Origin: an uncultured archaeon
Lineage (GTDB): Archaea > Asgardarchaeota > Thorarchaeia > Thorarchaeales > CAZPUN01
DNA length: 25,052 nucleotides
Reading direction: 5' to 3'
NCBI GenBank assembly: GCA_964589775.1
Contig: CAZPUN010000036.1
Location: forward strand, 1-25,052
The first letter of the stretch is position 1. Every line of letters begins with the position of its first letter. A model generated the notes under the pieces. That model did not search any database, was not told the DNA's origin, and saw only the letters and a list, made by a program, of their open reading frames with translations. A program made the position numbers and the translations under genes. This document shows, piece by piece, positions 9,231 to 17,037 of the stretch.

Positions 9231-9491
9231 ATTAACGCCCCACTTTCCACAATCAAATTAAATTTATGTATATCTTCCTTATAAACTTAGATAGCCCTCG
9301 TATTTAGATTTTTTCTGAAATTTAATTAAAGGTCATTCTTATGTATGTTAATATCTGTCATCTATACAATTTACAATTTCATTTTTAAAAATAATATTTC
9401 ATATACATTTTTAGGGTTTATTTCCTTATATTGAATAACGGCATCAAAGCAAAATTTATCTTCGGTTTAGCATTATTATTACTGGGGATGA

Positions 9492-12107
9492 ATGCATAAA
9501 ATGCTTGTTATAAAGAATAATACAGATGGTACATTGGAACGAATATATATTTTTGATCTATTAGCGCATTTAGGTAGAGCTGGAACTGTCATACGTCCCC
9601 AATTCTATTATCCGCTGAATTTATTTGACTTCTATAATGAAATTGAAACACATTTATTTGAAATAGGTGATAAATTTTCTGATGTATTCAAGTATGTTCC
9701 TCAAAAATTTAGAGCATTGTCAATCCCTCCAATTATAAGCGATTTCTTCAGATGGAGTCTTTCCTTTAGTGAGCGTGGCTGGTTGGTTGACCAATCTTTG
9801 ATAATTGGCTTAACTAAAGGTTTAGAAATTGATTCCCGATATATTCCTGCCAATATTCAAAATGTAAAAGAATGGGCTACAAAGCTCCCCCATGGTCCTC
9901 GTTTCTATCTATTACAGGATTTGGAATTAGATAAATCAAAAGGGGCTTCATGGGGTTTAAAAATTTCAGGAGATAAGTTTCTCGATATTTTAGGAAGCGA
10001 ACTCGGAAAAATTGTATTGAAATATATAGATTCTGATCTTCCTATTTTCATTGAAATCAATTCATTAAAGGCAATTAAGGACTTTTCACGATTTATTTCT
10101 CATTTTACTCCCAAAGATGATTTCAAATCTCGTATAATTCTCTATTTTTCAAATGACGATTTTGCTCAGAAACTCTTACCAAATATAATTGATCACAAAT
10201 GGATTGGTGTTTCGACTGCAGGTTTATCAGTTGAAACAATTCTGCAAATTGTAGAATTCTTTAAAGAAAATAATCGAGATTGGTCTTCTCGCATTTTGTT
10301 TGGCACTGGATATCCATTCAATACATCAAAGCAGATATCAGAGGCAATTAGCTACTTTTTGAGTAAAGATTTTCCTGGAACTCTAAGTGATGTACGAAAA
10401 ATTCTTGGTGCTAATGCGTTATCTATGCTTCCTGCAATATATCCATTTCAAAACTCCGTCGGTAAAGAAGTGATTTTTGAGATAACACCGATTGTTTATC
10501 CAGTTATGCGTTCTGAGCTCTTAAAAGTTGCACAAAATATTGATTCGAACAATTTAGGAAAAATTGTCTCGATTGATTTTATTCTGTCTCCCAATAATAA
10601 TCGCGTTATGCACGATTCATGGATTATTACTTTGCGATTGTCGCGTCATTCGCATATTTCATTTGTTTCGGTTCCATATCGTTCTAAGCAATATATCTTC
10701 ACGACATATTACAATGATATAAAATCAATTGGAAGGAACTTGAAAAAAATTCGTGAATATTTGTCAGAAAAACTAAAAGAGCAATCCGTAATTTCTATTG
10801 AACTTCCTTCTAATATATTTCAATTTTCTAAAGCATTAATCGAATCTATTGGCGTTTCAAAGCACAAAGAGGTTATACGCTCCAATTTCGTATTAATGCG
10901 TGATGATATTAATGAAAAAGTATTACAAATTTCACAAGAAATCGGAACAAAAATTGGTATTGAAAATAATGATATTGGAATTATTGTAAATCCTCAAAAG
11001 GAGGTTTGGCATGCTCTAAAAACACAATATCATACGATAAAAACCGAAAGTGTTGTAAAAGTAGCCTCTGATGCGCTTGATATTTTTAGAATGAACGAAT
11101 ATGATAGAGTTGATTTATTCAAATATGAGGGTACTATTCGAACTGCTCACGGATTATTAATTGCGTATCTGCCCCATGATACTCTATTGCCGACTGATCT
11201 TGAAGATCATATCTTATTACATGAAGAAGAAATTATCTCGCAATTCAAAGATCTCTACATTGGAAACAACATGGGATTTAATTTGAATATATCCGGTGTT
11301 CGATTAAATCTTGAAATTATGCGGGTGACGCCTCCATTAGAAAATGGTGAAATCGCGGTTTTTGAATTTGAAGATTTCAAAAAGGTCATGTTTAAACCCA
11401 TTCAATATTTCCGAGATATAAACCTGATATTTGTTGTAGAAGATTCACAGGAAGCATGGACACATAAGATTCAATGTTCAAATCTATTATTCATAAAGTC
11501 GTTAGTTCGAGATAAATCCATTCTAACTGAACTGGAAAAATTAAAGAAATTTGACGATGAACTTCCTGTATTTCATGCATCTACACTTGCATCTATAATG
11601 ACAATGATGGATCTTTCCCAGATGGATACACAAATCAAATTAGCGTATACAAATGCTACAGATACATTTGATACGTTCACTGTCAGCTATGGCGATACAA
11701 GTGTTCAATATATCGATTTATCTGATACAGCTGCTACTGGTATTATAAAATCCTTAATATCTGATATCTTTTATAGTATGCAACATGAATCTGATGTGCA
11801 TGTTGATCACATGCATCTTGTAGACAATCTTTCATCTGTCATTAAAACTATGCCCCGTAATAATGAAACAATTGTGGTTTTATTTATGGCATCCATTCCT
11901 GAGGACATTTCCTCTTTTATGGAACAAATTAACAGTCTTTTATCAGAGAAAATGAAATTACTAATTGTTGATTTGACTGAAGGTAAGCTGCCTGAGATAA
12001 TTCCCGAGCATAAAGGGATCCAATGGAGACCACATATTTTCAATTTCAGAACATTTAGAAATAAATTGATTGAGATATTAACGGCAAAAGGACATAACTC
12101 ATTATGA
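9492..12107 (+). CDS. 871-aa fusion: inactive amidohydrolase + Cdc48-N-like + degenerate vWA
   Basis: Collinear similarity to 7242-8759 (e.g. WSSRILFGTGYPF vs WSEKFLWGTDYTF; FLSKDFPGTLSDVRKILGAN vs MLSEDFEGTLEDVQRILAGN), followed by similarity to 5860-7188 (e.g. INLIFVVEDSQEA vs FNAILMLDISGSM). Confidence 0.75.
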   Translation: MHKMLVIKNNTDGTLERIYIFDLLAHLGRAGTVIRPQFYYPLNLFDFYNEIETHLFEIGDKFSDVFKYVPQKFRALSIPPIISDFFRWSLSFSERGWLVDQSLIIGLTKGLEIDSRYIPANIQNVKEWATKLPHGPRFYLLQDLELDKSKGASWGLKISGDKFLDILGSELGKIVLKYIDSDLPIFIEINSLKAIKDFSRFISHFTPKDDFKSRIILYFSNDDFAQKLLPNIIDHKWIGVSTAGLSVETILQIVEFFKENNRDWSSRILFGTGYPFNTSKQISEAISYFLSKDFPGTLSDVRKILGANALSMLPAIYPFQNSVGKEVIFEITPIVYPVMRSELLKVAQNIDSNNLGKIVSIDFILSPNNNRVMHDSWIITLRLSRHSHISFVSVPYRSKQYIFTTYYNDIKSIGRNLKKIREYLSEKLKEQSVISIELPSNIFQFSKALIESIGVSKHKEVIRSNFVLMRDDINEKVLQISQEIGTKIGIENNDIGIIVNPQKEVWHALKTQYHTIKTESVVKVASDALDIFRMNEYDRVDLFKYEGTIRTAHGLLIAYLPHDTLLPTDLEDHILLHEEEIISQFKDLYIGNNMGFNLNISGVRLNLEIMRVTPPLENGEIAVFEFEDFKKVMFKPIQYFRDINLIFVVEDSQEAWTHKIQCSNLLFIKSLVRDKSILTELEKLKKFDDELPVFHASTLASIMTMMDLSQMDTQIKLAYTNATDTFDTFTVSYGDTSVQYIDLSDTAATGIIKSLISDIFYSMQHESDVHVDHMHLVDNLSSVIKTMPRNNETIVVLFMASIPEDISSFMEQINSLLSEKMKLLIVDLTEGKLPEIIPEHKGIQWRPHIFNFRTFRNKLIEILTAKGHNSL

Positions 12108-12419
12108 ATTTGTATTGATTAAACTTTTTGATAATTTTCTTAGCCTTTTTTTTCTAATTAATTCATTTAATGTATCTTGCAATTCAATGACTTTCTTTTC
12201 TAGTACACGCATATATGTTTCGATTTTTCGTAATTCGGTTGTATTTGGCTTGTGTTCGTACATTTGTCTAAGCTCTTCAAAACTTGTTTCTACATGTCTA
12301 AGAAAAGCATCTGTTTTTTCTATACTTCTTTTTAGTTTCATCAAATCTTGCCATTGTTCCTGAATTATCAATGCACGGCGTTTTAAATCCATTACTTCAT
12401 TTTGGAGTTCCGATGCCAT
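12102..12419 (-). CDS. small coiled-coil / helical hairpin protein
   Basis: 105 aa with heptad periodicity. Starts 2 bp after the upstream stop; its 3' end overlaps the convergent 871-aa gene by 6 bp. Confidence 0.7.
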   Translation of the reverse strand: MASELQNEVMDLKRRALIIQEQWQDLMKLKRSIEKTDAFLRHVETSFEELRQMYEHKPNTTELRKIETYMRVLEKKVIELQDTLNELIRKKRLRKLSKSLINTNS

Positions 12420-12421
12420 AA

Positions 12422-13813
12422 TTATTCATCTCGTAATAGCTCTTCAATTCTGCTAGCGATTATTTCAAGGTGTTCAGATAACTTTTCATTCTTTTCGATA
12501 ATATCTTGAATGATTTTCTCGGTGTTTGCATCTTTTGAATCTGGTGATTTTTTAGAAATCTCTTTCTTTAATTCATAAAATTCATTTTCCAGCTTTGTAA
12601 TTCTCATTGTAATTGATTTTAAATCCGTTAGGCTTTTCTTAATCTCTTTGCTGAAATCTATTGGCATGATCTTGTCGAGTATTGTTTTAATTTGTGTTAT
12701 TTCATTCTGAAGGTATTTTATATCCGGACCATATTCTATATGTTCTATTTTCTCCGAATGTTCTGAATGTAATTTATCTGCTGGAGTAAATGATGAGGGT
12801 AATTCATGAGCTTTTTTCTCATAGGGTGCTTCTATTGGTTTTGTAGATTTTATTGGGTGTTTTTGAATTTCTGCTTTATCTATTGTCGTTTTTTGCGTTT
12901 CAATATTTTTTTCATGTTTTTCTGGTTTTAGTAATATATCTTCCGAAATATCAATGTCAAACGTATCAGTACTATCTTTTGGTTTTTTGGATATATATTC
13001 TGATTTTTCAATTTCTATTGGTTTTTTAGGGAGATGCCACACATCTTCCATGGCATGGGCAAAATATCGAGTCGAAATATCTTTCAGCGATAGAGTGGTT
13101 TTAATGCATAATGTGGTATTATTTTTGAAGTTTGTAATTGAGTTGTACGACGAACTAAGAAATTTGATATGTGAAATCAAAAATTCAAGACTACCTGCAA
13201 CTTGTGAAATAGTCCGCATCAATGGATAAATTACTCTGAATATATTATTTAAAAATGTCATACAGAATATGTTTTTTGGAACTACAATTGAGCGGATTAT
13301 ATTCTTATTATCTGGCCATCTACTAAAGTTTCGTTCTGATGGATTTGTATATGTAATTGCATTAATAATATATCCTGATTGAGCATCTTCTTCTAAGTTG
13401 CTATAAATCTCTCCTATAGCATCAGAAAATATTTGCATCTGTTGAGCTCTATCAAGTTTAATTGTTATACCCATTTTCAAAACGTATTGGTCATCATTTC
13501 TCTTTAGTTCTGATATAACAAATCGATTTTTATAACCAAAGATCAAAACGCCTGTTTCAAAATTTAAAATTTCATCAGAATTGAAAAGTGCATCTATAAT
13601 TTTTCGGGGCAATACGTATAATACATAATTTTGAATATTATCTATGGGGGGAATTTGCTTGAGAGTTCCGAGATTTATGTAATACTTTTTATTGGGCCAG
13701 TCGTCTATTATATGCGCATCGAGCGGAGCTGAAATTATAGTCCACTCTTTTAATAATTCATGTTCTATCATTTGTTGGAAGTTACCTAACATCATTATGG
13801 TTTCCACTCTCAA
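12422..13813 (-). CDS. hypothetical protein: globular N-domain, charged linker, C-terminal coiled coil
   Basis: 463-aa ORF with a K/E/P/H-rich linker at about aa 265-360 and heptads after it. The true start may be ATG at 13798/13795. Confidence 0.7.
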   Translation of the reverse strand: MRVETIMMLGNFQQMIEHELLKEWTIISAPLDAHIIDDWPNKKYYINLGTLKQIPPIDNIQNYVLYVLPRKIIDALFNSDEILNFETGVLIFGYKNRFVISELKRNDDQYVLKMGITIKLDRAQQMQIFSDAIGEIYSNLEEDAQSGYIINAITYTNPSERNFSRWPDNKNIIRSIVVPKNIFCMTFLNNIFRVIYPLMRTISQVAGSLEFLISHIKFLSSSYNSITNFKNNTTLCIKTTLSLKDISTRYFAHAMEDVWHLPKKPIEIEKSEYISKKPKDSTDTFDIDISEDILLKPEKHEKNIETQKTTIDKAEIQKHPIKSTKPIEAPYEKKAHELPSSFTPADKLHSEHSEKIEHIEYGPDIKYLQNEITQIKTILDKIMPIDFSKEIKKSLTDLKSITMRITKLENEFYELKKEISKKSPDSKDANTEKIIQDIIEKNEKLSEHLEIIASRIEELLRDE

Positions 13814-13857
13814 TATAAAAGTGGAATAAAAGGATTAATATATCCCACTACTATATA

Positions 13858-14991
13858 CTAATATGCGCGAATTGTTTTTGAATATGTTTCAAGCACTTTG
13901 CCTTTGTATGAAACCATGAATTTGATTTCACTCTTAATCTTTCTGAATGCACTTGGAATTGAAACTTTCATATTTATTTCTTCGTTACCGCGTGCAAGTA
14001 CCTTGACATGTTCTTCAAAGAGTTGGTGCGAACCTATTTCTGCTGAAATTTCAACTTTTACATCAAGTTCAATCGAGACCGGACTTGGGTTTGCTATAAC
14101 CATACGCATTTGTATTGGTTTTTCACATGGCATTATTGTTGGGATCTCTGGATATGAATAACTCAAGTGCATTTTTTCTGGAGTAATCATACTATGTTTT
14201 GGCCATGAGGGAATCATGCCTAGTTCTAAAAGGCGTGATAATGAAATTTTTAATTGCTTTACCTCTAGTCCTAATTCTCCTGCTGCTTTTTCTATGTCCA
14301 TTACGCCATCATGAGATTCATAATATTTCAGAACTTTCTTGTCTTGATCTATAAGCCCTCCTATATGTTCCAAAATTTCAAGTATTCTATCCGGAAGATG
14401 CGATGCTTCATCTAATGAATAATATGTTCCATTTTTTATTGCACTAGCGATTTTAATGAACGCGTCTTGTGCATAATCGTTGCATCCCACTGTAAATAGA
14501 AAGAATGTTTCGCCAAATCGTTCTGATAGCTTTTGTACTTCATCAATTGGGTCCAATCCCTTTGGGCATCCATCTGGCCAGTGATCATTTTTTGTATTGG
14601 AATACTTTCTTCCATGAGGTGGTGCATCTCCTATAAGTGTAAGAACTTTATATGCATCTGGTGCCCATTTTAATTTCTCATTTGCTGCATGTAATCCGTC
14701 TGCTACTGCTTCTGGGCCATCGCCTCCCCCTTTTGCATGAAGATTCGAAATAAATTTGTGTATTGTTTTTACATTTGGTGTAAAGTCGTGTAATTTTGTA
14801 ACATATGAATTTTCTTCGGGTGGATGATCTCGATAACTTACCAATGCAAAACGTATTTGAAGCTCTGGACGTGCTTCTATTATTTTATCTACTATTCTAA
14901 ATAAATTATCACGTACTGCTGCTATATCATCTGACATTGAACCTGTTGTATCTACAACGAATGCAATATCGATTTTTTCAGAGTATGACAT
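13858..14991 (-). CDS. vWA domain protein (alpha-kinase/VwkA-associated-type vWA) with probable winged-helix and C-terminal beta-sandwich domain
   Basis: DIAFVVDTTGSM, FALVSYRDHPP, GGGDGPEAVADGL, IGDAPPHG, DHWPDGCP. Then MDIEKAAGELGLEVKQLKISLSRLLELGMI (wHTH-like) and a beta-rich tail. GGGAG RBS precedes ATG 14991. Confidence 0.85.
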   Translation of the reverse strand: MSYSEKIDIAFVVDTTGSMSDDIAAVRDNLFRIVDKIIEARPELQIRFALVSYRDHPPEENSYVTKLHDFTPNVKTIHKFISNLHAKGGGDGPEAVADGLHAANEKLKWAPDAYKVLTLIGDAPPHGRKYSNTKNDHWPDGCPKGLDPIDEVQKLSERFGETFFLFTVGCNDYAQDAFIKIASAIKNGTYYSLDEASHLPDRILEILEHIGGLIDQDKKVLKYYESHDGVMDIEKAAGELGLEVKQLKISLSRLLELGMIPSWPKHSMITPEKMHLSYSYPEIPTIMPCEKPIQMRMVIANPSPVSIELDVKVEISAEIGSHQLFEEHVKVLARGNEEINMKVSIPSAFRKIKSEIKFMVSYKGKVLETYSKTIRAY

Positions 14992-15077
14992 TCCCAATAA
15001 CTCCCATTGTATTCTAATTAAATTATTATGTTGACCTAAATAAAAAAGCTTTATGAAGGGTCATTTTATGCTATATT

Positions 15078-15641
15078 GTGATTAAAATGAAGGAAATAGC
15101 AAGATATTTATTCGAAATTGGTAGTTTAAAGAGAATACCACGAAGTGGTTGGCAAACGGCTGGAATAAAAAGTCCTGAAACTGTTGCTGAGCATTCTTTT
15201 AGGACTGCAATCATTGGTTATATTCTGGCAAAAATTGAAGGTGCCGACGCAAGATTTGTTTCTCTAATTTGCCTGTTTCATGACACGATTGAATCTCGTA
15301 TTTTAGATCTTCATAGGCTTGCTAAGAAATATCTTGAGGTTTCAGATACTGTCGAACAGAATGTGATAAGAGATCAAATTCGTAACCTTCCTGAACCCAT
15401 AAAATCTGAAATCTCTAACATTTTTATGGAGTATCAAACTCAAGATACGATTGAAGGCAAAATTGCTCATGATGCCGATAAGCTTGATATGCTACTACAG
15501 GCAATTGAGTATAAAAATGCCGGATATCATGTTGATGAATGGATTACGAGTGCTATTGAAAGTTTATATCTTAATACATCAAAAGAATTGGCAAAAGCAA
15601 TATTGTCTATATCTCCAGATAGTTGGTATTCACAAATATAA
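15078..15641 (+). CDS. HD-domain 5'-deoxynucleotidase, HDDC2/YfbR family
   Basis: LKRIPRSGW, ETVAEHSFR, LFHDTIE, DADKLDMLLQA. Confidence 0.88.
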   Translation: MIKMKEIARYLFEIGSLKRIPRSGWQTAGIKSPETVAEHSFRTAIIGYILAKIEGADARFVSLICLFHDTIESRILDLHRLAKKYLEVSDTVEQNVIRDQIRNLPEPIKSEISNIFMEYQTQDTIEGKIAHDADKLDMLLQAIEYKNAGYHVDEWITSAIESLYLNTSKELAKAILSISPDSWYSQI

Positions 15642-15697
15642 ATTTCCATTATATTTATTTGTGATAAATTCATATATTTTATAATGAGGAGTTAATT

Positions 15698-16078
15698 ATG
15701 TCTTCTGAAAGTGATATATTGGTGAAAATGGATTTTCAAGGGCTTGTCTCCATTAACGCAACATTGTCTCGTATAAAAGGTCCAATTATTGTAGACCGAA
15801 TTGTAGATCTCTTACCTGCATCATGGCGAGCTATCCGACGAAAAGATGAAATCCAGATGATTGTGCCCATTAAAGCTGGTGCTATGAAACCCACAAATAC
15901 TGTAAAACGTGGTGATATTGGTTTTATTCCTGTTGGAAACTTGGTTGTTATTTATCTTGCCGACAAAACAACTGCAGCAAAAGTAAATCTCATTGGAAAT
16001 GTTAATGATGTTGAAAAACTTGATTCTCTAGCAAATATACATGTGGGTCAGATTGTAAACGTTACTAAGCTCATTTAA
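15698..16078 (+). CDS. cyclophilin-like fold protein (AF2241/TM1367-like)
   Basis: P..VDRIVDLLP, VKRGDIGFIPVGN..IY, VNLIG.V pattern. GAGGAG RBS. Confidence 0.7.
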   Translation: MSSESDILVKMDFQGLVSINATLSRIKGPIIVDRIVDLLPASWRAIRRKDEIQMIVPIKAGAMKPTNTVKRGDIGFIPVGNLVVIYLADKTTAAKVNLIGNVNDVEKLDSLANIHVGQIVNVTKLI

Positions 16079-16106
16079 GCATCATATATATAATTCAAAA
16101 TTAAGA

Positions 16107-16121
16107 GGCGGAAGAACCGCC
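16107..16121. terminator. GC-rich hairpin between convergent genes
   Basis: GGCGG-AAGAA-CCGCC, followed by a T-rich tract on the minus strand. Confidence 0.35.
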
Positions 16122-16139
16122 AGTTCCGACTTTCTGTAC

Positions 16140-16676
16140 TTAAATTGCTGTTCTAATTTTCTTTGTTAATTTTTGTGTGGCATCCCTATGGATTGTCACA
16201 GGAATCACGTATATTCCTTCTTTTGATGCCTCTACAATGACTTCTACACCCTTATTTGTTACGCGTAATGTTCCTTGTTTTCCACGAATTCGCACGGCTC
16301 TAGTTGAAAATTCAACTTGCTTGTCAGTTACCTCCACTTTCTTTTGAGTTGTTCCAGTTCTCATTTCTTCCTTCAATGTTGCAATTTCTCGCTGTAATGC
16401 CTTCTTCTCTTCTTTTAGTGTTTCATTTTCTTTCTTCAAATGCTCGACTTCTTCAGTATTTGTTTCTCCTACATTTCCCACCCAAACTATTGTGGAGCCA
16501 TGCTTACTTCGTGTTACTTTAATAACACCCAGCGCACGTAATGGTGCTATGATGTCGTATACTCTGCGTCTATGCGATTTTAGTATCTTTGCGAGTTCTG
16601 AACTTAAAATTCCTTCTGATCCTGATTCTTTGATCAGTCGAATAGCTATTTCCGAGAGATTAGATAACTTTGCCAT
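16140..16676 (-). CDS. E2F/DP-like transcription factor (winged helix + coiled coil + marked-box-like region)
   Basis: KLSNLSEIAIRLIKESGSEGILSSELAKILKSHRRRVYDIIAPLRALGVI...IVWVG matches the E2F/DP DNA-binding domain (RRxYD...L...G.I...WxG), then heptads. GGTGA RBS at 16683-16687 favours ATG 16676. Confidence 0.82.
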   Translation of the reverse strand: MAKLSNLSEIAIRLIKESGSEGILSSELAKILKSHRRRVYDIIAPLRALGVIKVTRSKHGSTIVWVGNVGETNTEEVEHLKKENETLKEEKKALQREIATLKEEMRTGTTQKKVEVTDKQVEFSTRAVRIRGKQGTLRVTNKGVEVIVEASKEGIYVIPVTIHRDATQKLTKKIRTAI

Positions 16677-16719
16677 TTGCAATCACCGAATGTTTTATGC
16701 CATTATTATTTTACGACTA

Positions 16720-16740
16720 GCGCCAAATATATACATTTCT
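16720..16740 (-). promoter_or_regulatory. putative promoter of the E2F-like gene: BRE-like purines, TATATA, and an adjacent E2F consensus site TTTGGCGC
   Basis: The minus strand reads AGAAATG-TATATA(16733-16728)-TTTGGCGC(16727-16720), about 45-55 nt upstream of the ATG. Confidence 0.55.
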
Positions 16741-16751
16741 ATTTTCTTTAC

Positions 16752-16765
16752 TTAAATGCATTTAA
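16752..16765. promoter_or_regulatory. 14-bp perfect palindrome, possible operator
   Basis: TTAAATGCATTTAA in the divergent E2F-like/cmr1 intergenic region. Confidence 0.3.
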
Positions 16766-16831
16766 TATTATCGGAATCGACCTATTTTAGGGCGTTCTTC
16801 TAGTATTATATAACATAAATCTTAATTAATT

Positions 16832-16843
16832 CTTCCATGGAAG
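16832..16843. promoter_or_regulatory. 12-bp perfect palindrome, possible operator
   Basis: CTTCCATGGAAG in the same intergenic region. Confidence 0.3.
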
Positions 16844-17037
16844 GAACGGATTTTAATCAATCAAACGCCTAAAATTAAGAAATTAATTGCGACCTTTTTT
16901 GATTATATTGTTTATTTATATATTTTCACGATAAAATATAAAAATAAGAATATACTATAATTTACTAAGAATAGGGGGAGTTGGCTAGTGTGGTTCCAAA
17001 AGCATTTACTCCCTAAACAAATATTCGAGGGCTATAC

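Noticed and set aside
15078-15641. HD protein as a detached Cas10/Cas3 HD nuclease for the cmr operon
   Set aside because: Its motifs are those of the housekeeping HDDC2/YfbR family, and two unrelated genes separate it from the operon.
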